A DNA stretch of 41,571 nt from a virus (Duplodnaviria > Caudoviricetes): the IMG/VR virus record IMGVR_UViG_3300012952_003517, positions 1 to 41,571 of that record; one strand, written 5' to 3'. How positions within the stretch are numbered: the first letter of the stretch is position 1; the number at the start of each line of letters is the position of its first letter. The notes beneath the pieces were generated by a model, which did no database searches, was not told where the DNA came from, and saw only the letters and a list, made by a program, of their open reading frames with translations. A program made the translations under genes and the position numbers. Positions 34,328-41,571 of the stretch are shown piece after piece.

Positions 34328-35191
34328 TCATCCGGGATTTCTAACCTTACTAATTTCAAAATCAATTAAAGTAGAATAAACATTTGGGTTAAATTTTCTT
34401 ACTTCGTTTTCCAAAACCCTATCAAATCTTGATATATTGACTTCCTCTATAAAGCATTTTTGTGCCGCCCCTTTACCTCCAACTACTGACTCGTAGTCAT
34501 ACTGAACATCATTTCTGTAATACCCAAACTGGTTAAAAGGCATTTCTGAAGGTTCAAACAAACAGAAGTATTTTCTAGCTTGATCCCTAAACAGTGAGCC
34601 AATTGCATCAATCTCAAATTGGCTATCAGCAATTACTATAGCTCTTACATCAATAACCGTACTATCCTGACCGCCAAAAGCAAAAGGATCGTTGGTGCTT
34701 CCGTCATTTTTTATATAAACGACAGGAAATGTTTTGGTGTCAGCTTCTAGACCCGTAGGCACAATATTCGCTATCTTATTTCTATTAGTATACTGACTTT
34801 GAAATAAAATCTCATCTTCTGTACGGTTTGTAAGAAAAGTATTAAAATCTTTTATCGCAAAACTTCCAGTTACGTTTCCTCCCTGTTCCCCCGACCAATA
34901 AGAGCGGCCATTATTGTAATCAATTGCGTATAAACCTGTTGAAGCGCCCTGACCGACGTTAACTAAATTGCTCCCCACATAGAGGCCAGTGGGTATGCTA
35001 GCTCCTGTAATTGATGCGTCAGACACTATTTGAGAGTAGGAACTAGCGTAAGTTTGATATCCAGCGAATTCTTGAGAAACGTTATAAAACTGGCCCGTAG
35101 TATTTTGGTAAGCCTCCCCGTCATCAAGGAGAGTATGGTCAAACCATAATAAAAAACTAGAAAGTACTTGATTATCAAATTGTGGTTTCAT
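34328..35191 (-). CDS. Probable tail terminator/completion protein (287 aa)
   Basis: Immediately upstream of the tube genes; pattern TFPVVYI...PFAFGG....IDVRAIVIADSQFEIDAIGSLFRD is terminator-like. Called mainly from synteny. Confidence 0.55.
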   Translation of the reverse strand: MKPQFDNQVLSSFLLWFDHTLLDDGEAYQNTTGQFYNVSQEFAGYQTYASSYSQIVSDASITGASIPTGLYVGSNLVNVGQGASTGLYAIDYNNGRSYWSGEQGGNVTGSFAIKDFNTFLTNRTEDEILFQSQYTNRNKIANIVPTGLEADTKTFPVVYIKNDGSTNDPFAFGGQDSTVIDVRAIVIADSQFEIDAIGSLFRDQARKYFCLFEPSEMPFNQFGYYRNDVQYDYESVVGGKGAAQKCFIEEVNISRFDRVLENEVRKFNPNVYSTLIDFEISKVRNPG

Positions 35192-35811
35192 TTTAGTTTA
35201 CTTTTCGCTTTTTCAAGTATATTAATTATATACGGAGTAGGGCTGAATTTAATAAAGTTAATTTGTCGCGATGTCTGTAAGGCTACTCCTGACCTGCTAT
35301 ATTTATCGTACAAAAAGCCAGAACCTTTTCTTGGCTGAAATACCGTCTGGCTATAATTTGTTATACCTTTTTCTACCCCCTGAACCCAGCTTTTAGTAGT
35401 CCACGGAAGGGGCGTAACTGAATAAATATCCAGCTTATTAGGCATCATAATATCAAACTCGACCCTAAAAATGTTCTTACTTACTTTAACGACTCTTCCT
35501 TTTTTGCTTGAAATATTAAAAGAATTTTCTAACACTTCCCTAAGCGCTACTATCGGTTGAGAACCTTTTTCAAAACCCAAAAAACCAAAAAAATTACCCT
35601 GACCACCAAGTAAACTACTTGATCTTCCACTTGGTCCCTTTTTTATTTCTTTCGTAACTTCATGCTTGTCAAATTGTTGCAAAACTTCTTTTTTTATAGC
35701 GTTAGCCTTTTTTCTAACTTCTCTATTTGCAAACTTTTCTAAACTTTTGGGAACTTCAACAGAAATCTGCTTAAGAATCCTATTCATATCCAACTGACTT
35801 CTCTTTGCCAT
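35188..35811 (-). CDS. Probable neck/tail-completion protein (basic, 207 aa)
   Basis: Very basic; helical N-terminus; WVQGVEKG and C-terminal PTPYIINIL resemble HK97 gp10/Ne1-type ends; synteny agrees. Confidence 0.5.
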   Translation of the reverse strand: MAKRSQLDMNRILKQISVEVPKSLEKFANREVRKKANAIKKEVLQQFDKHEVTKEIKKGPSGRSSSLLGGQGNFFGFLGFEKGSQPIVALREVLENSFNISSKKGRVVKVSKNIFRVEFDIMMPNKLDIYSVTPLPWTTKSWVQGVEKGITNYSQTVFQPRKGSGFLYDKYSRSGVALQTSRQINFIKFSPTPYIINILEKAKSKLK

Positions 35812-36248
35812 TAAGTTGTCGCCTCCAAATAGTAAACATAATAGGTTTGACCTACAAAAAATCTAGCGCCATCAGAGCTAACTACATTAAAAAGACTTCC
35901 GTTTATCTCAATTGACTCGGTTTTTCCTTTATCGATATAATTTTTACAATCCAACTCTACTTTAATCCTAACGTCCCCTTTTTCTATCATAACTTTTAAC
36001 TCATCTTGATATTCTAAAGGTTGATTTTCTTTATAGTTTATAATTGCGTTAAATGATTGGCTTACAGGGGTATATGTAGTTTGAGTTTTCGGCGCCCCAT
36101 AACCAGCATAAATGTTTTGATCCGCGGTTAACGTAACAGTTTTTTTGGGTTCTTTATTGACAATTATAGTACCTTTAAAAGTGTCGAAATGATCAGACAG
36201 AGCTGCTTGCAGCCCTGCTAACGCAGACGATGGAATTAAAGACGCCAT
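35811..36248 (-). CDS. Probable head-closure (stopper) protein (145 aa)
   Basis: Small beta protein (IEINGSLFNVVS...YYVYYLE) in the adaptor-stopper-neck-terminator order. Confidence 0.5.
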   Translation of the reverse strand: MASLIPSSALAGLQAALSDHFDTFKGTIIVNKEPKKTVTLTADQNIYAGYGAPKTQTTYTPVSQSFNAIINYKENQPLEYQDELKVMIEKGDVRIKVELDCKNYIDKGKTESIEINGSLFNVVSSDGARFFVGQTYYVYYLEATT

Positions 36249-36844
36249 TATACCCCTATACTATACGGAACCCTATTGTAAGGATAACCGTCGTTATTAG
36301 TTGCGTACTCACCTCTTACAGTATCGTCCCCAGCAACTTGAACTGGAGAAGCTTTTCTAAGCTTGTAAGCGTTAATTAAATCAGTTAGCTCCATATACTC
36401 TTCTTTTTTCAAAGCTAGGTATGTTTTACTTAACTCGTTTTTGTTAATTTTTCTGACTCTTGATCCATCGGATGCAACCTCCACTACGGGATCGGTTGAA
36501 GCGGCGCCAATTGTACTACGTATCTGCTTATCGTAGTAATGCACAAAATACATTTTTTTCAATATGGACGCTTCCTCAGCTTCAATAGTAACAGAAGCTG
36601 GATCACCAAGACCTACAGCGCCTGTAGCTTCGTTGAAAGCTTGAGGAACGTATTCTGAGTTATCAAAACTGCCAGAGAATTCATAGGCCTCTGTTCCGTG
36701 GTCGTAAATCTTAAACGCCGTGTTAAGCCTATTATTTAATTCACCAACATTACTGCGAATCCAGAAGGAAATCGCAGGGATAGAAAGAGAAGATGGCTCA
36801 GCCAGTTCTCTGTAAATTTCGTCAGCTATGTCTACAATCTTCAT
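36248..36844 (-). CDS. Probable head-tail adaptor protein (198 aa)
   Basis: Helical protein with a short beta-hairpin (VVEVASDGSRVRKINKNE) typical of adaptors; first gene of the neck operon. Confidence 0.5.
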   Translation of the reverse strand: MKIVDIADEIYRELAEPSSLSIPAISFWIRSNVGELNNRLNTAFKIYDHGTEAYEFSGSFDNSEYVPQAFNEATGAVGLGDPASVTIEAEEASILKKMYFVHYYDKQIRSTIGAASTDPVVEVASDGSRVRKINKNELSKTYLALKKEEYMELTDLINAYKLRKASPVQVAGDDTVRGEYATNNDGYPYNRVPYSIGV

Positions 36845-36852
36845 CTTTTTTA

Positions 36853-36861
36853 AAATTACAC
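36853..36861 (-). promoter_or_regulatory. Candidate late promoter GTGTAATTT overlapping the fibre stop codon
   Basis: The last codons GTG TAA of the fibre gene form the motif, 8 nt before ATG 36844. Confidence 0.55.
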
Positions 36862-39800
36862 ATCTTTTTCAACCACGAGGCTATCTATATCAGCTCTTTC
36901 CCCATAAATTGTGTAGAAACAATCAATTGACTCGCCATCCGCCGCTCCAATTACAATTTGAGATAATGAAGTGCTAACAACATATAAATGCTGGAACCCT
37001 CCTCTTGGCGTTAATTGAACTGTAACCGTGTCTTCTCGCACAAGGCCAGACCAGTAATCCGGCAAAGTAATCGTATTTGATTGAGTTGTTCCTCTATGGT
37101 AAACTCCAAATTCTGGACCTTCTAAGCAGCCGTGTTCTAATTTTTTATTTTCTTTAGTTGGGTGGTCAATTAAGAAAGATTTTGAAGAAGCCGATAAAGA
37201 TCCATTTACCGTGAGCTTAGAACCCGGATTAGTTGATCCTATTCCAATGTTACCGGTCTGATGAATCCTCATAGCTTCTATCGCGGTGCTACCGCTACCG
37301 GTATTGTTATAAACAGTAAATGCTATTTCTCCTTCATCTTTGTTTCCGGGGTTGTACCAATCATCACCCGCCATGAAATCAATACTGGCGACCTTATTGG
37401 TGGTCCAATACCCTTCAATGCCTCCTATTTTCCAATTAGGACCACTTCCTCCCCCTACGTAATTCTTGCATTTAAGATAAGACCCATATTCAGAGCTGTT
37501 ACTATTGAAAGTTTCTAAATTTATGCACGCTAAATTTGAGCCGTTACTATCACCAGCAGCTTGCACACTTCTTATATCAAGCCTACTAGTTGGATTAGCT
37601 GTTCCTACACCAACATTACCGTCACCTTTTACAGCCATTCTGGTTACAGAATCTGTAGCGTCGTAAAATTCTAAAGTGCCATTTATAGTCTGACCATCAA
37701 CAATCTTCCAGTGTTGAGTGGTGGAGCCAGTTTTCTTAATTTCGAAACCTACAGTAGAATTTGCAGCTACTTGAGTTAGTACGGTTGTAGTACCGGAAGT
37801 TTTATTAATATGAAGGTGAGCGGCGGGATTATTTGTCCCTATGCCAACTTTACCATCATTTTTAATAACCATCATGCTCTGAGGAGAGCCTATATTATCA
37901 GTTATAAAATGAAAATCTCCTACATTTGTAGCGGTTTGATATTGATAAGCTATTCTTCCGTCAGCATTTCTTGCTCTAAAGTCTATATTGGCGTAAACAT
38001 TATTACTTTCTTGAGTATTATAAATTAGCAAGCCCTTACCTACTCCACCTCCACTTAAGCCCTCCTGAGTAACATCAGTAGAAGTGCTTACATATTTAAC
38101 TTCAAATGTTTTAGTAGGCGTCCCAGTGCTAGTCGTATCGTTTACTAAAACTCTAGCTACTGTCCCTCTGTCATATATGCCAAGTTTTGGAGAAGTACTA
38201 TGAGCCTCAGTAATAAAAAGAAGTTGTCCTTGGTTACTAGTGCCACTATATTGAAATGCTATTCTTGCGTCTGCATCATTACATCTAAAGTCAATTGGAA
38301 AATAAGTATTAGCAGTAGTGCTTGTGTTCTGTCCCCGAATTCCGGGGCCTGCAGTTCCGCTCAAGAAACCGGCTTTAATGTCCGTAACACCAGAGCTATA
38401 ATTAACATGTAAATTGGATAAAGGATTATCTGTCCCTATACCGACATCACCGTTGCTGTCAATGAACATCTTGGTGCTATTATTAATTCTAAAGTCCCAA
38501 GAAGTATCTTTTACGTGCCTAGCCGCCCAAGCTCCATCGCCATCTAGAAAACCTACGGCGTGGGCCTGACTAGTTCCCTCTTCTGCATAAACATAACCCC
38601 AATTGTCTCCATCATTACCCTTTAATCTTATTGCTAGTACCGAACTGTCATGGGTATAAAAATCAAAGTTGTCACCGGCTGAATTAAAAAATGAAAGTGA
38701 GTTACTGCTTTCAACCCATTGAATATAAGCGCGATTAGAGCCGCCGTTTTGCCAACGAATATATGGATTAGCCGAACCACTTAACAGTATTTTTTGGTCG
38801 GCTGAACTATAAACCTGTAAAGGTGAGTAAGCTGTAGCTGTACCTATTCCGACGTAACCATTGCCTTGGATACGCATTCTTTCTCCAGACGTCCCGGTGC
38901 TGTCTGTGAAGAATGAAATATAACCAGTATTATTAGCGCCTGTAGTTCCACCTTGAATCATTGCTACAGAGCCAATGTTGTTAGCAAAATTTACGGTAGA
39001 AACTACATCAGTGCTATTATTATTATCATGAGTAAGTCTTATTTCAGCTCCACCCGCTGCAGAGCCATCACTTTTGACTTCTAATTTTGCATTAGGGTCA
39101 GAGCCACCCAATCCTATACCAACGCCAGTAGTAGTTATTCTTATTTGCTCGGCGTTGGCCGCATACAGTAATGTTTTGTTATACCCTGTGTTTTGAGCTA
39201 ATACAGTTCCTCCGTATCCGCTTAAAGTCATTGGGGTAGTATAGTTGTAATGAGCGGATAATTTTGCATGATAGGCCGTGTTTTGTGCAGCCTGAAGTAT
39301 GATTCTAGCCTCACTAGAAGCCTCTACAGTTAATCCTCCCGATGCTCCTGTGTTGTCGATAAAAGCAGCACCAATTACATGGAGCTTTTGCGATGGTGCA
39401 TTTGTCCCTATACCAACATTACCACCAAGATGCTGTAAAGCTAAAGCTCTTGCTGTAGGATTATGATCGTAAACCTGAAGACCGAACCACCGGTTTGCTG
39501 CTGTACTACTAGAACTAGCGGCTGTAAATCTTAAATGCGTGTTAGTTGATCCTGATGAAGATGCACCTTGAATTCTTGTTATCTCAGCAGAGCTATTATC
39601 GGTAACAGTACCCACCGCATGCAATGTAGCAGAAGGACTTGCTGTACCTATACCAACACTACCTGCCTTCCACGCCATAGACAAAGTACCACCATCATAC
39701 AAAGATGTATAAGCGTTTCCTCCCCTTCCTATGAAGTTGCTTCCGGAATAATTATCAAAATAATACCACCTAACACTAGTATCTGACCTGAACCCATAAG

Positions 39801-41571
39801 AGTCAGACAAAATTCTTCCGTCCACATCTAGCTCTCTTCCCGGATTATTTGTTCCTATACCAACGTTGCCATTTTTCCAAATGGTCAGTGCTTCGGTGCT
39901 GGTGTTCACCCAAAACGACATATTCGCATTACTATATTGCAAGAACTTAACCACACCGCTACTTCCAAATTTCTCAATAGTAAAATAATCAGTACCACTA
40001 AAGTTGGCTCCGTCTGCATCTAAAAACAAACGAGCATAGCGGCTTGTAGCTGTAGAACTGCCTACAGAACTAAATCCGCCGCCTGCTCTTTCACTGGCTG
40101 TTGTTTGAGCCGTCCTAAATATTGCTTGATGAGCCGTTGAATCTGCGACAGTTAAAGCAGCTTCTGGGGCATTCGTGCCTATACCGACATTACCACCTGT
40201 AAAATAAGAAGCTCCTGCAGTTCTTAAGTTTACTTTTATTACATTATTATCCCTTAAGTCAAGTATACCTTCAGTGCCGTTGTCGTATAAAAGTCCAATA
40301 CGAGTACCTGTATCGCCATCAAGAAACTCAGTATCACCCTTTACGGAAAGAGCAACACCGCTAGTGGCAGAAGCCCCACCAATAGATACAGTACCAACGT
40401 TATTAATAACTGTTTGGATATTCCTATCGCCTACGATCCTAGTCCAATTTTGGTCACTGCTAGTTCCCCATCCAGATCGCCAATAGAACTCTGACGCTGA
40501 GTGCGCAAAATAAAATTGACCCCTAAAGCTACTAAGCGACCTTAAAGTGAGTAAAGATCCGTAAGAATAAATCTGACTAGTTGTTTGTGTTAATGTACTA
40601 GGAGCATTAGTTGTAAGAGTTCCACTACTATTAGCCCAATGCCCATGGGTTGCGTCGTATCTATAAAACTGACAAAAACTAGCTTCGTCATTAGAACGAT
40701 AATAATCGTTTAAGTTGTCTGTTCCATACGGTCTATCGCCTAACTGCTTGAAAAATCCGTTACCGCCTAACGAAGCGTTTCCGGCGCTACTTAAAAATAA
40801 ATATTTCGATCCACTTCCAGCGCCGAAACCTACTCCAGAATTTTCAAAATATACTCCAGCTGTATTAACTCCACTAACAGTAATCGCTGGGTTGGTAGAG
40901 TTTCCTGCCGCTGACCCATTGCCTAGACGCAAATTAGTACCAATTCTTGCGTCTCCTCCATATACATCTAGTTTGTAAGCCGGACTAGTTGTGTTTATAC
41001 CGACATTACCAACGCTAGTGATTCTTACCCGCTCCGAATCCCCAGTTTTAAATTTTATATAAGAAGCATTGTCTCCAATGAAGATTGGCTTACTTATATT
41101 TTGACCATTGCCAGTTGCAAAATAATAACCACCAGAATCCTGCCCTGCTAATATTTCATCATCTCCACCGTATAAATAACTAGTAGACTGTGATAATTTT
41201 ACCCCGCTAGCTGTAGTCTGAAAGGTTTTAGTGGCATTATAAAACAAATTAACAGCACCATCGTTTACGCCTTGGATCATGGTCTCCCCAGAGTGTTTTA
41301 TATAAAAATTTTGAGCTGTATCTAAAATTAAATCCCCATTTGCAATAACGCTGTTTATATAATTGTTAGAACCATCGTGGTAAATTTCCAGATCATTAGC
41401 AGCACCTAGAAGTAGCTTGTCGTTGTCTTGTAAATCTATAGACCCTTGACACGTTATTGTCCCACTAAAATTACCAGCTTCAGAGTAAACATTGTTCCAG
41501 CGATTTCCAGAGAGACCTAAATCTTTTGCTCCGTCAGCCACGGGATAAAACGAGCCACTGGTCATTGTATA
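36856..41571 (-). CDS. Tail fibre-like protein with ~12 GNVGIGT repeats, a knob-like module and conserved C-terminal domain (probably 5'-truncated)
   Basis: Repeated G(N/D/K/Y)VGIGT.(N/S/A)P units separate variable beta modules. NAPS...YGSLL..QFY....YWRSGW....W is pyocin/gp37 knob-like. The C-terminus KSFLIDHP...LEHGCLEGPE.GVYHRG..LPDYW...VQLTP is a common aquatic-phage fibre end. The frame stays open to the window edge (TAT ACA before ATG 41565). Confidence 0.85.
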   Translation of the reverse strand, partial: YTMTSGSFYPVADGAKDLGLSGNRWNNVYSEAGNFSGTITCQGSIDLQDNDKLLLGAANDLEIYHDGSNNYINSVIANGDLILDTAQNFYIKHSGETMIQGVNDGAVNLFYNATKTFQTTASGVKLSQSTSYLYGGDDEILAGQDSGGYYFATGNGQNISKPIFIGDNASYIKFKTGDSERVRITSVGNVGINTTSPAYKLDVYGGDARIGTNLRLGNGSAAGNSTNPAITVSGVNTAGVYFENSGVGFGAGSGSKYLFLSSAGNASLGGNGFFKQLGDRPYGTDNLNDYYRSNDEASFCQFYRYDATHGHWANSSGTLTTNAPSTLTQTTSQIYSYGSLLTLRSLSSFRGQFYFAHSASEFYWRSGWGTSSDQNWTRIVGDRNIQTVINNVGTVSIGGASATSGVALSVKGDTEFLDGDTGTRIGLLYDNGTEGILDLRDNNVIKVNLRTAGASYFTGGNVGIGTNAPEAALTVADSTAHQAIFRTAQTTASERAGGGFSSVGSSTATSRYARLFLDADGANFSGTDYFTIEKFGSSGVVKFLQYSNANMSFWVNTSTEALTIWKNGNVGIGTNNPGRELDVDGRILSDSYGFRSDTSVRWYYFDNYSGSNFIGRGGNAYTSLYDGGTLSMAWKAGSVGIGTASPSATLHAVGTVTDNSSAEITRIQGASSSGSTNTHLRFTAASSSSTAANRWFGLQVYDHNPTARALALQHLGGNVGIGTNAPSQKLHVIGAAFIDNTGASGGLTVEASSEARIILQAAQNTAYHAKLSAHYNYTTPMTLSGYGGTVLAQNTGYNKTLLYAANAEQIRITTTGVGIGLGGSDPNAKLEVKSDGSAAGGAEIRLTHDNNNSTDVVSTVNFANNIGSVAMIQGGTTGANNTGYISFFTDSTGTSGERMRIQGNGYVGIGTATAYSPLQVYSSADQKILLSGSANPYIRWQNGGSNRAYIQWVESSNSLSFFNSAGDNFDFYTHDSSVLAIRLKGNDGDNWGYVYAEEGTSQAHAVGFLDGDGAWAARHVKDTSWDFRINNSTKMFIDSNGDVGIGTDNPLSNLHVNYSSGVTDIKAGFLSGTAGPGIRGQNTSTTANTYFPIDFRCNDADARIAFQYSGTSNQGQLLFITEAHSTSPKLGIYDRGTVARVLVNDTTSTGTPTKTFEVKYVSTSTDVTQEGLSGGGVGKGLLIYNTQESNNVYANIDFRARNADGRIAYQYQTATNVGDFHFITDNIGSPQSMMVIKNDGKVGIGTNNPAAHLHINKTSGTTTVLTQVAANSTVGFEIKKTGSTTQHWKIVDGQTINGTLEFYDATDSVTRMAVKGDGNVGVGTANPTSRLDIRSVQAAGDSNGSNLACINLETFNSNSSEYGSYLKCKNYVGGGSGPNWKIGGIEGYWTTNKVASIDFMAGDDWYNPGNKDEGEIAFTVYNNTGSGSTAIEAMRIHQTGNIGIGSTNPGSKLTVNGSLSASSKSFLIDHPTKENKKLEHGCLEGPEFGVYHRGTTQSNTITLPDYWSGLVREDTVTVQLTPRGGFQHLYVVSTSLSQIVIGAADGESIDCFYTIYGERADIDSLVVEKDV

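Noticed and set aside
37261-40978. + strand ORFs inside the fibre gene, and similar nested ORFs in nrdB, DUF2589, 5637..6308, I, J and the tube genes
   Set aside because: Fully overlapped by well-supported genes and show no recognisable motifs.
1-41571. Alternative genetic code (TAG or TGA recoding as in some large phages)
   Set aside because: Genes tile densely under code 11, and both TAG (4510, 11754) and TGA (1755, 2768, 5384, 34328) end genes at sensible positions.
6522-41571. Contractile tail, tailocin, eCIS or gene transfer agent
   Set aside because: No sheath or baseplate wedge genes. The lambda-like tip, long tape measure gene and adjacent RNR/AMG block fit a large siphovirus.
1-41571. 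tRNA, rRNA, CRISPR array or diversity-generating retroelement
   Set aside because: Intergenic gaps are under ~100 bp with no cloverleaf or repeat-spacer pattern, and I saw no reverse transcriptase or TR/VR pair by eye. tRNAscan and Infernal were not run.

Overview
This window is part of a large tailed-phage genome, probably a siphovirus (no sheath or myovirus baseplate genes are visible). It is densely coding, AT-rich and uses the standard genetic code. A PVC-superphylum host, probably Verrucomicrobiota, is inferred from two genes. Positions 1-6517, mostly + strand, are a metabolic/accessory block: the nrdA 3' end, a GT-A glycosyltransferase, an nrdB with class Ic (Mn/Fe, no radical Tyr) signatures, a DUF2589 paralogue pair, an Ala-rich helical protein, inorganic pyrophosphatase, a secreted GspC/PilP-like protein and an orphan Xre/MbcA/ParS antitoxin domain. 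Positions 6522-41571 are the tail morphogenesis block. On the - strand it has a GNVGIGT-repeat fibre, four neck/terminator-like genes, two tandem major tail-tube paralogues with a terminator, chaperone-like genes, a 2176-aa tape measure protein, three more tube-fold paralogues and an IPT/TIG-repeat protein. A lambda-like M-L-K-I-J tail-tip cassette lies inverted on the + strand. The strongest leads are a PD-(D/E)xK nuclease-like domain inside the tape measure protein bracketed by G(F/Y)VPN(F/Y) repeats, the DUF2589 pair, the tyrosine-less R2, the orphan antitoxin, a recurring (G)TG-TAnnnT promoter motif that predicts leaderless or short-leader mRNAs, and S/T-G enrichment in virion surface loops. 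All family calls come from motif recognition by eye; no database search was run.
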